Below are positions 11,520 through 21,709 of a stretch of 52,948 bases of DNA, one piece after another. The notes beneath the pieces were generated by a model, which was not told the DNA's origin, did not search any database, and worked only from the letters and a program-made list of their open reading frames with translations. The translations under genes were made by a program, and so were the position numbers. The stretch's first letter is position 1. The number at the start of each line of letters is the position of its first letter. The DNA comes from Anthoceros angustus (taxonomy: Eukaryota > Plantae > Anthocerotophyta), in contig VJWM01000337.1 of assembly GCA_010909165.1 (NCBI GenBank), positions 1 through 52,948 on the forward strand. The letters run 5' to 3'.

Positions 11520-12000
11520 TGCCCCAACACCCCAGTGCGCTCTTCTCCTTTGCTTTCCTTTTGGTTTATAACTTCCCTCAAGAAGAGTGTCGCTTCCTCA
11601 AAGCGATGTGTCGGAATGTAATCCAACATGGGTATGCTCACACAGATGGCAATTTCCAGCCAAAGTCGAAGAAATTTCGGTGGAACTTCATTTACTTGCA
11701 TGTCAAGCAGGAATACCTTGACACTAGCACGCGCTGCCAAGTGAAGGAGGTTAGACCTAATGGGGTACTCTTGCTACAGATGATGGGCCGGATCGACAAC
11801 ATGAAGAATTGTCGGTCTATCACCTCCCAAACTGGACCCAACTATTGTTACCGGCGATTGGGTCCCTCCGGATTACCCATGCCAAGTATGTAGGCCTCCG
11901 GATGATGATACAGATGCCGTTTTGTGATCAACGTGATGGTGGTTACCATGTGTTTTGCCTAAATCCACCACTAGTTGAGGTCCGGATCACTGTACAAGAA
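11520..12000 (+). pseudogene. Ty3/gypsy integrase C-terminal region plus PHD finger, remnant (copy 1)
   Basis: NVIQHGYAHT.GNFQPK.KKF..FIYL, QVKEVRPNGVLLL, MKNC, HLPN; then YPCQVC (11874-11891) and CDQRDGGYHVFCLNPPLVEV. Confidence 0.78.
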
Positions 12001-12169
12001 AACCAGCTACAACGGGCATAAACCATCCAGCTTCAACGGGGGGGGAGGCGGTGGAGGAACGAGGACTCATTTTTGCTACATGTTAGATGACAGTTGGGAC
12101 ATACTGGGCAGCCCCAATGTTCGATGAGATAGCTAGGACATACTCGTGACCCAGTTTAGCTACAGGGGC

Positions 12170-12260
12170 GATCCCGGCTATACTGGGGCCCCTCGTTTAT
12201 GAGGCAGTCCCGGGCTGGTATACTGGGGCGGAACCTCACCATACCTGATACTACAGGTAT
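12170..12260. repeat. Short diverged tandem repeat with TATACTGGGGC core (also ~16260-16390 and ~20595-20745)
   Basis: Core TATAC(T/C)(C)GGGG(C) recurs about every 28-35 bp downstream of the PHD remnant. Confidence 0.65.
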
Positions 12261-12429
12261 ACCGGATGTCATAGTCCCAACTCTAGCTTCTGATCCGTCC
12301 CAACTTTTATCGCGATCCTCGGCTTTAGTCGGGACAGTCACCGTCCCAGCAACAACTATACTTGGGATGGTCCCAGCGTAGAGAACACTCAGGACACCGA
12401 CAGTTAGGGATGGAGTGAGTGACCCTTTC

Positions 12430-12660
12430 GACGCCCGAAGTGTTTGAGTGTGCTGAAACTGGAATTGCTATGGTGCGTGAAGAGTGGTACAGATGGGATG
12501 GTTCTAGTGGCAATTTCACCTCTTTCTATGATAAGCTCGTCGGCACTCTAAAAACTCCTACTCTTGTTGTGGTTAGAGGTAGCCTGAAGAGCTCCCACTA
12601 ATTGTCTGTACGTGTTGTGACCAATGTCAAGGGACAAACTATAGGAGGAAGTAGAGTAAT
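12430..12660 (-). pseudogene. copia RT C-terminal remnant in the tandem unit (also ~16520-16730, ~47900-48130, ~52470-52690)
   Basis: SLDIGHNTYRQLVGALQ and LTTTRVGVF resemble RVT_2 YRQLVGALQYLT.TRPD. Confidence 0.55.
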
Positions 12661-14109
12661 CTATACTCTTGAGAGAAAGACGAGGAAGAGCCAAAGCACG
12701 ACTTCCACCCCAACTCATTGAGATACTAAGGAGAAGAAGTTGGGAGGTCCTTGTTCTTTGATGACACCAACTCAAGATCCAACACCTTGTAAAGCAGAAA
12801 TGATCAGCTAACAACACACAATGATTGTTTAAACTAAGACACTTGAATCTGTAGGAGTCTAAGACTCCAAGCATCTCCTTTGAATAAGTCATGTTTTACC
12901 TTAGGGAGGGCTTTAGTAAGCGGTCAGCATTAGATCCCGTGGGGATGTATTCAAAAATCGACTTAAAGCGCATCTCGGATGAAATGGTAATGAATCTCGA
13001 TGTCCTTGTACGTGCACCGGGACTCATGGCAACGCGATTGTTGCGTCCGAGATTGTCGGTACGTGTCGGGAGTGTCCTCTCCCAAGACTCACGATGCCCG
13101 CGAGTGGAGCGATAACTTAAGAAGGTTCCACATAAGCGTATAGAAAATATGGTATATGGATTATATAAAATGGGTGGTTACATGGACTTTGAGCCTCCTT
13201 TGGCTTTGGCTTCTATGGATTGAGTATTTGAACTAAGTTTTTGCTAGTGACCATGAAGCGACTTCATGTCATCGTAATGACTTCGTCCGTGTATATGGTG
13301 ATGGTATGTGAGTCATTCTTGCACCCGAGCTCATACCCCGGGGCATGACACCGCCAACCGTGTGTCGCACCTTCACGTCGATTATCTTTGAGCGATCGTC
13401 AATGCTCTGCACTTGGGCACCACGCCCCTGCAACAGCACACTCGAGCCACCCGGCGACAACCTCACCGATGAAAACACGAGGCACGCATGGAAGCTAACC
13501 CCTCACCATCCTCCCTTCACAATTGTCCCGTGCAAACCCGGATCCTCTATGCGAGCGCCTCACGAACCCGAGCCAAGCGGTCGCTTGCGCTTTCATCCAC
13601 TAAAGTTGAGTATAAGGCCCAGCAGCGCATGGAAGGAGTTAGAGTGGGAAAGGCAACTTTTGGAATGAATCCACTTACCTCAAAGTGCTCCCACTAAGCT
13701 TCTATGTGAAAGCATGTAGGCTATTGTTCCAATCCTTGGTTTCATGCAAGAACCAAGCACATTGAGCTAAACCACCATTATATCCATGACGTGAAAGGGG
13801 CATTGTGAAAGTGGAATACATTAGTCTTGATGAGAATCACTAATATTTTTACAAAGGGCTGTAAAGCCAAAGCATTTCAAGCATATGGCTGCCTTGGGCT
13901 CGTGTTCACTCTTTCAGTCAGTTGATATCTACCTTGTTGTCGGGCCTGTTGATTCTTATTGCCTCTAGGGCTCTGGAGCTGCTCCGCCTTCTTCGCTCAA
14001 AATAGCGTATTCATCGATCAGGTACTCTAAGGATGAAGCTACACTGAAATCTAGGCGTGAGAGTATCGGACATATGGGTCATGTTTTAGGAGGTCATATC
14101 TTTTTCTTT

Positions 14110-15150
14110 TCTTTTGTGATTTCTTGGTTGGGTTGTAGAAGGTTCTAGTTTTTCGCTTTCTTTGTGAGGGATTTTTGGTTTGTTTTGTTTCTAACCGTTC
14201 TTTGGGACGTTTTTCCTCTTTGTTTTGTTTTCCTTGTTATTTTGGGTTGGGTTGTAGTTGAAGGTTCGGTCTCTTTTCGGATAATTTTGAGGGTTTTTGG
14301 TTGTTTTGTCTCTAGTTTCTTATTTTGGGAGGTTATCAATGTTTTCCAATTTTGGGTTGGTTGTAGCTTTAGGTTCAATCTCTTTTCGATTTTGTGAGGG
14401 CTTTTGGTTCTCTTGTTTCTAGCTTCTTTAGGTTCCAATCTCTTTTGATTTTTGGGGCTTTTGGTTCTCTTGTTTTTGGGAGTTATTTCTTTTCCTTTGT
14501 TCTGGGTTGGGTTGTAGCTTTGAAGGTTAGTCTCCAATTTTTGTGAGGGCTTTTGGTTGTTTTGTCTTAGCTTTTTGGGAGGTTATCATTGTTATTTTTT
14601 ATTTTTGGGTTGAGCTAAAGGTTCCAATCTCTTTTCGGATGTTTGTGGGGCTTTTGGTTCTCTTGTTTCTTTTGTTTTTGATTTGGTTAGATTGATCAAT
14701 CTCTTTTGATTTTGTGAGGGCTTTTTGGTTCCTTGTATCTAGCTTCTTTAGGTTCCAATCTCTTTTGGATTTTTGTGAGGGCTTTTGGTTCTCTTGTTTC
14801 ATTTTTAAGTTCCAATCTCTTTTTTTGTGAGGCTTTTGGTTCTCTTGTTTCAGCTTCTTTAGGTTCCAATCTCTTTTCGGATTTTGTGAGGGCTTTTGGT
14901 TCTCTTGTTTCTAGCTTCTTATTTTGGGAGGTTATCATTTATTTTTATTTTTGGTTGGGTTGTAGCTAAGGTTCCAATCGGTCTTTAGATTTTTGAGGTT
15001 TTATTGTTTTGTTTCTAGCTTCTTTTTGGGAGGTTATTTTTGTTATTGTTTTCCTTTTGGGTTGGATTGTAGTTTGGTTCGATCACTTTTGGATTTTTGA
15101 GGGCCTTGATTTGGGAGGTTATTTATTTTGCTTTTTCTTTTGTGATCTTT
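14110..15150. repeat. T/G-rich ~63-bp minisatellite block
   Basis: Same unit, several tandem copies around 14700-14920. Confidence 0.88.
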
Positions 15151-15639
15151 TGTTAGTGGATATCTTCCATTGCTTATGATCATGAGATATCTACGTGTGG
15201 TCCTACGTCTAATCAAAGCAATGGGGAGTAGGCAGAGAGGCCTCGAGAGCTTTGCAACTCTCGAGTTTCAGGGCCGCCTCAGGCTCTCAACAAGTGCAAG
15301 AGCACTTGTTTTTATCCCATGTTGGATTACATTCCCACATCTTTTAGCAAGCTTTCCCATAAAAACAAGGAGATCCCTACATGTATATAGCGCCCAAGTC
15401 ATTGGTCCCCCAAAGCCGACCTCCCACCACATGAGGCTCAACGTGCACCACCTCACTTTTGCTGTAACCAGGCCTCCATAAAGATAGGGCTCAACTAAAG
15501 TTGGGGCCCCACAAAATGCTGTGCCCCACCACCCTCCTCAAACTTTTGCTCCTTTTGGGTTTGTAGAAACCCTTCTAAATACGCCTTAAGTCGGGCCCCT
15601 CAGGTGCCTTAGCCACCAGTGCCACACAAGGCCCCTCGG

Positions 15640-16090
15640 CCCCTCATATTCACGGTGCCCCAACACCCCGGTCGCTTCTCCTTGCTTTCCTTTTGGTTTA
15701 TAACTTCCTCAAGAAGGAGTGTCGCCTCAAAGCGATGTCAGATCCAACATGGGTATGCTCACACAATGGCAATTTCCAGCCAAAGTCGAAGAAATTTGGT
15801 GGAGACTTCATTTACTTGCGATGTCAGAGATACCTTGACACCGCTAGCACGCATCTTTGCAAGTGAAGGAGGTTAGACCTAATGGACTCTTGCTACGGCA
15901 TGACGACGATCGACAACATGAAGAATTGTCGGTCTATCACCTCCCAAACACCGCTATTGTTACGATTGGGTCCCTCGCTTGATTATGTAGGCCTCCGGAT
16001 GATACAGTGATGCCGTTTTGTGATCGTGATGGTGGTTACCATGTGTTTTGCCTAAATCCACCACTAGTTGAGGTCCGGATCACTATTGTA
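15640..16090 (+). pseudogene. Ty3/gypsy integrase C-terminal region plus PHD finger, remnant (copy 2)
   Basis: IQHGYAHT; ORF 16007-16213 FCDRDGGYHVFCLNPPLVEV. Confidence 0.72.
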
Positions 16091-16944
16091 GAAAACCAGC
16101 TGGGCATAAACCATCCAGGCTTCAGCGGGGAGGCGGGTGGAAGGCAGAGGACTCATTTTTGCTACATGTTAGATGAGGCTTGGGACATACCGGGACAGCC
16201 CCAATGTTCATGAGATAGCTAGGACATACTCGGACGGCCCCCCAGCATGCTTCCTCATCAGCTCGGCTATACCGGGCGGCCTCGATCCAGCTATACCGGG
16301 AGCATCCCATGGCACAAAGTATACTGGGGCGGCCCCAACCTCGGCCACTTGGTACGATCCGGCTACAGTATACTCGGGGCGATCATAGTCCCAACCCTCT
16401 GATCATCCAACTCTGCTTATCCGGTCGCCTGACTTTAGTGCGATCCGTCCGGCAACAACTATACTTGGATGGTCGGAGAGAACACTCGAGCGGCTTAGGG
16501 ATGGAGTGAGTGACCCTTTCGCCCAAGTGTTTGAGTGTCTTTGGCTGGAATTGCTATGGTGCGTGAAGACCGTGCGATGGGATGGTTCTAGTGGCAATTT
16601 CACCTCTTTCTATGATAAGCTCGTCGGCACTCTAAAAACTCCTACTCTTGTTGTGGTTAGAGGTAGCACAAGAGCTCCCACTAATGTACAATGCGTGTTG
16701 TGACCAATGTCAAGGGACAAACTATAGGAGGAAGAGGGTAATCTATACACGAAAGACGAGGAAGAGCCAAGCACGTCCACCCCAACCATTAGAGATACTA
16801 AGGAGAAGAAGTTGGGACGAAGGTCCTTGTTCTTTGATGACACCAACTCAAGATCAACACCTTGTAGCAAGAAATGATCACCTAACAACACACAATAGTC
16901 GATTCATTTAAACTAAGCGAGACACTTGAATCTTGTAGAGTCTA

Positions 16945-17130
16945 AGACTCAAGCATCTCCTTTGAATAAGTCATGTTTTTACCTTAGGGAGGGCTTTAGT
17001 AAGCGGTCGGGCATTAGATCCCGTGGGATGTATTCAAGAAGATCGACTTAAAGCGCATCTCGGATGAAATGGTAATGAATCTCGATGTCCTTATGCGTGC
17101 ACCGGGACTCATGGCGCCGCGATTGTTGCG
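16945..17130 (-). pseudogene. copia RNase H C-terminal remnant, minus strand (also ~5040-5230, ~12850-13040, ~48370-48560)
   Basis: HKDIEIHYHFIRDA (ORF 17048-17371), then across frameshifts LEYIPT..DRLLKPSLR/LTKALPKVKHDL, matching HARTKHIEIHYHFIRD..ADLLTKAL. Confidence 0.8.
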
Positions 17131-17631
17131 TCCGAGATTGTCGTGTCGTGTCGAGTGTCCTCTCCCAAGACTCGATGCCCGAGTGGAGCGATAACTTAAG
17201 AAGGTTCCACATAACGTATAAAAATATGGTATATGGATTTATATAAAATGGTGTTACATAGGACTTTGAGCCTCCTTTGGCTTTGGCTTCTATGGATTGA
17301 GTATTTGAACTAAGTTTTCTAGCTAGTGACCATGACTTCATGTCATCGTAATGACTTCGTCCTGCTACCATATGGTGATGGTATGTGAGTCATTCTTGCA
17401 CCTTCAGCTCATACCTCTGAGCATGACACCATACTGCACTGCCGCACCTTCCACGTCGTATCTGAGCCGATCGTCAATGCTCGCACTTGGGCACCACCGC
17501 AACACTCACACTCGACACCCAGACAACCTCACCGATGAAAACACGAGGCACGCATGGAAGCTAACCCCTCACCATCCCTCCCTTCACAATTGTCCTGTGC
17601 GGATCCTCTATATGAGGCACCTCGCGAACCG

Positions 17632-17925
17632 AGCCAAGAAGCGGTCGCTTGCGCTTTCATCCACTAAAGTTGAGTATAAGGCCGGGCGCGGGAAGGAGTT
17701 AGAGTGGGAAGGCAACTTTTGGAATGAATCCACTTACCTCAAAGTGCTCCCACTAAGCTTCTATGTGAAAGCATGTAGGCTATTGCCTTTTTCCAATCCT
17801 TGGTTTCATGCAAGAACCAAGCACATTGAGCTAAACCACCATTATATCCATGGCGTCGAAAGGGGCATTGTGAAAGTGGAATACATTAATCTTGATGAGA
17901 ATACCTAATATTTTTACAAAGGGCA
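17632..17925 (+). pseudogene. copia RNase H remnant, plus strand (also ~5770-6070, ~13575-13860, ~49113-49410)
   Basis: ORF 17351-17908: KKRSLALSSTKVEYKA, NPWFHARTKHIELNHHYIH, GIVKVEYI, followed by NIFTKG. Confidence 0.88.
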
Positions 17926-18179
17926 CCGCCAAAGCCAAAGCATTTCAAGCATATGGCTGCCCTTGGGCTCGGTTCACTCGCCTCTGTATGTTGATATCTA
18001 CCTTGTTGTCGTGAGCGCGTTGATTCTTATTGCCTCTAGGGCTCTGGAGCTGCTCCGCCTTCTTCACTCAAAATGACGTATTCATCGCATCGGTACTCTC
18101 AAAGGATGAAGCTACACTATGAAATCTAGGCGTGAGAGGTATCGACATATGGGTCATGTTTTAGGAGGTCATATCTTTT

Positions 18180-19370
18180 TCTTTTCTTTTGTGATTTCTT
18201 GGTTGGGTTGTAGGCAAGGTTCTAGTTGTTTTCGCTTTCTTTGTGAGGGATTTTGGTTTGTTTTTTTTGTTTCTAGCGTTCTTTGGGACGTTTTTCCTCT
18301 TTTGTTTTGTTTTCCTTTGTTATTTTTGGGTTGGGTTGTAGTTGAAGGTTCGGTCTCTTTTGGGATAATTTTGAGGGTTTTTGGTTGTTTTGTCTCTAGT
18401 TTCTTAATTTGGGAGGTTATCAATGCTATTTTCCAATTTTTGGGTTGCGTTGTAGCTTTAGGTTCCAATCTCTTTTTCATTTTTGTGAGGCTTTTGGTTC
18501 TCTTGTTTCTAGCTTCTTTAGGTTCAATCTCTTTTGGATTTTGTGAGGGCTTTTTGGTTCTCTTGTTTCTAGCCGTTTTGGGAGGTTATTTCCTCTTTTG
18601 TTTATCTTTTCCTTTGTTATTTTTGGGTTGGGTTGTTGAAGGTTGAGTCTCTTTTGATTTTTGTGAGGGCTTTTTGGTTGTTTTGTCTTTAGCTTCTTAT
18701 TTTGGGAGGTTATCATTGTTATTTTTTATTTTTGGGTTGGGTTGTAGCTAAAGGTTCCAATCTCTTTTCGGATGTTTGTGGGGGCTTTTTGGTTCTCTTG
18801 TTTCTCGCTTTTTTTTTGTGAGGTTATTTTTGTTATTGTTTTTCCTTTTGGGTTGGATTGTAGTTGAAGGGTCCAATCTCTTGTCAGATTTTTGTGAGGG
18901 CTTTTTGGTTCTCTTGTATCTAGCTTCTTTAGGTTCCAATCTCTTTTCGGATTTTTTGTGAGGGCTTTTTGGTTCTCTTGTTTCTAGCTGCTTTAAGTTC
19001 CAATCTCTTTTCGGATTTTTGTGAGGGCTTTTTGGTTCTCTTGTTTCTAGCTTCTTTAGGTTCCAATCTCTTTTCGGATTTTTGTGAGAGCTTTTGGTTC
19101 TCTTGTTTCTAGCTTCTTATTTTGGGAGGTTATCATTGTTATTTTTGTTATTTTTTGGTTGGGTTGTATTTAGGTTCCAATCGGTCTTTAGATTTTTGTG
19201 AGGTTTTTGATTGTTTTGTTTCTAGCTTCTTTTTGGGAGGTTATTTTTTGTTATTGTGTTTTCCTTTTGGGTTGGATTGTATGGAAGGTTCGATCACTTT
19301 TTGGATTTTTGAGGCCTTGACCGTTTTGGGAGGTTATTTATTTATTTTGCTTTTCTTTTGTGATCTTTTG
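18180..19370. repeat. T/G-rich ~63-bp minisatellite block (longest copy)
   Basis: GTGAG anchors at 18894, 18958, 19021, 19084 give periods of 64, 63, 63 bp. Confidence 0.92.
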
Positions 19371-19949
19371 GTTTTTTAGTGGATATCTTCCATTGCTTAT
19401 GATCATGAGGTATCTCGTGTGGTCCTCGTCTAATCAAAGCAATGGGAGTAGGCGAGACTTGGCCTCGAGCTTTGCAACTCTCGAGTTTCAGGGACCGCCT
19501 CGGGAGGCGTCTCTCAACAAGTGCAAGAGCACTTGTTTTGTCCCATGTTGGATTACATTCCACACATCTTTTCGAGCAAGCTTTCCCATAAAAACAAGGA
19601 GATCCCTACATGTATATAGCGCCCAAGTCATATTGGGGTCCCCAAAGCCGACCTCCCACCACATGAGGCTCAACGTGCACCACCTCACTTTTGCACATCG
19701 GCAATAACCACAGAGCTTCCCTCCATAAAGATAGGGCTCAACTAAAGTTGGGGCCCCACAATGCCAAGCTGACCACAGTGCCCCCACCACCCCTCGGCGC
19801 AAACTTTGCTCCGCTTTCTTTTTGGGTTGTAGAAACCCTTCTAAATATAGCATGCCTTAAGTGGGGCCCCTCGGACCGCCAACCTTGACCCGGTGCCCCA
19901 CCACCCCAGGCCAAGGCCCCTAAAAATGCCAACCTCATATTCACGGTGC

Positions 19950-20430
19950 CCCAACACCCCGGTCGCTCTTCTCCTTTGCTTTCCTTTTGGTTTATAACTT
20001 CCCTCAGAAGGTCGCTTCCCTCAAAGCGATGTGGGAATGTAATCCAACATGGGTATGCTCACACACGGAATGGCAATTTCCAAAGTCGAAGAAATTTGAG
20101 TGGAGACTTCATTTACTTACGGTGTCAAGCAGGAGATACCTTGACACGCTTAGCGGCCCCTGCAAGTGAAGGAGGTTAGACCTAATGGGGGTACTCTTGC
20201 TACGTGATGGGCCTTACGACGATCGACAACATGAAGAATTATGCGGTCTATCACCTCCCAAACTGGACCCAACTATTGTTACCGGTGATTGGGTCCCTCG
20301 CTTGATTACCCATGCCAAGTATGTAGGCCTCGGATGATCTGAGGCGATGCCGTTTGTGATCAACATGATGGTGGTTACCATGTGTTTTGCCTAAATCCAC
20401 CACTAGTTGAGGTCCCGGATCACTGTACAA
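19950..20430 (+). pseudogene. Ty3/gypsy integrase C-terminal region plus PHD finger, remnant (copy 3)
   Basis: CGNVIQHGYAHTRNGNFQ, GDFIYLR; YPCQVC at 20307-20324; CDQHDGGYHVFCLNPPLVEVP. Confidence 0.78.
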
Positions 20431-20776
20431 GAAAACCAGCTAGCGGGCATAAACCATCCGAACTTCAGCGCGGGGAGGCGGGGTGGAGAGGCAGAGGACT
20501 CATTTTTGCTACATGTTAGATGAGGCAGTTAGGACATACTCGGGGACAGCCCCAATGTTCGATGAGATAGCTAGGACATACTCGGACGGTGTTGTGGCTA
20601 CACTCGGGGCAGTCCGGCTCAGCTATACTCGGGGGCGACCTCGGTCCACCTATACTGGGGTGATCCCATGGCAACAAAGTATACCGGGGCCCAACCTCGG
20701 CCATACCCATGCGATCCACAGCTACGGTATACTCGGGGCAGTCATAGTCCCAACTCTAGCTACAGTCCCACAATCC

Positions 20777-20781
20777 CAACT
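20777..20781. other. Left target-site duplication CAACT of the gypsy element
   Basis: CAACT directly precedes the LTR terminus TG at 20782 and recurs at 47785-47789; the target is itself repetitive, so some ambiguity remains. Confidence 0.65.
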
Positions 20782-21698
20782 TGTGGTAGGAGAATCAGGC
20801 ACTCCCGAGGTCCTCCACTAAGCGGCCACACTTATCCCTTTGTCGCCGTCGTTGGGTTTCGTCCCATGAGACTTGTGTGAAAGTTCGAGGCCTTGTGGTC
20901 ACCAATCGCTACTGCACAACTCTCGGCCTTCTCAACAAGCAAGGCGCCCCTACTCTCCCTCTCACGGTGCACCACTTTGCCGAAAAATCGCCAACCCTCG
21001 ACCCTGGCGACACAAAACAATTGCGGGTCACCTCGGCGGAGGAGCCTACCAGGCGCCCGGGGACCCCAGTTCACAGCGATTTCGTCCCTACTTCTAAGAC
21101 CAAACTTGACCTAGCGACACAACACAATTGCGGGTCCACCTCGGACAAGAGCCTACCACGGGCGCCAGGGACCCCAGTTCACACGCGATTTCGTCCCTAC
21201 TTCTAAGACTACTCTTCTCCACTCGGGGCGCTCGTTTACTTGATTTGGGATTCGTCCCTTAGGCTCTGTGGCCTTCCACTAACACCTACACCTCTAATCC
21301 TCTACTCATCTTCTCATCTCCTCATCCTCTTCCTCCTAGTCTAACCTCGATTCGGGCTTCTTGGTTTCGACTCGCCCTTACTGGCACTCGCCTCCACCGG
21401 CAAGTTCTTCCTTGGGCGGTTGCTATGAGTTTGACACGGGTGAGAACCTCGAGTCTTTCCTGTAGTCTACCCTCAAGCCGAGAGTTCTGGGCATTTGCCA
21501 CACACCCAAAGCAAAGCAATTTCACAACCATTCACAAGGGAGCAACTCGTTTAGGCACTTGCGAGCAAGTCCTCCACCAAGCACTCACCACCGACTTCCT
21601 CTCTACAGACATGTTGGCTCACACGAAATTCCTCTGTAATGGCAAAGGACTCGGAGTGTGGGCGCAAGACATGATACTTTACTTTGTGAAATCCTCCT

Positions 21699-21709
21699 CC
21701 TCTTATAGG
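21699..21709 (-). promoter_or_regulatory. Candidate LTR TATA box CCTATAAGAGG (equivalent at ~38026-38036)
   Basis: Typical plant LTR TATA context ~0.9 kb from the LTR 3' end, present in both LTRs. Confidence 0.45.

Larger units (their letters stand above)
4862..20781. repeat. Tandem array of a ~4.1-kb composite unit (interrupted by the copia duplicate at 6780-9091)
   Basis: Anchor AGCCAAAGCACG at 4862, ~9092, 12689, 16765 (period 4076 bp); the same ordered sub-blocks recur in each copy. Confidence 0.9.

Noticed and set aside
11809-12021. Host PHD-protein gene or exon
   Set aside because: Contiguous with gypsy integrase C-terminal motifs, lacks evident exon structure, and is repeated in every tandem unit
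14145-14969. Lys-rich (KRLEPKEARNKRTK) and Phe/Leu-rich membrane-like ORFs here and at 6334-6790, 9980-10885, 18119-18961, 49629-50093
   Set aside because: They are translations of the 63-bp minisatellite: the unit length is a multiple of 3 and the strand bias suppresses stop codons
20483-20781. Repeat-spacer-like array resembling CRISPR
   Set aside because: Core is only ~11 bp and degenerate, spacers resemble each other, there are no cas genes, and the context is eukaryotic TE
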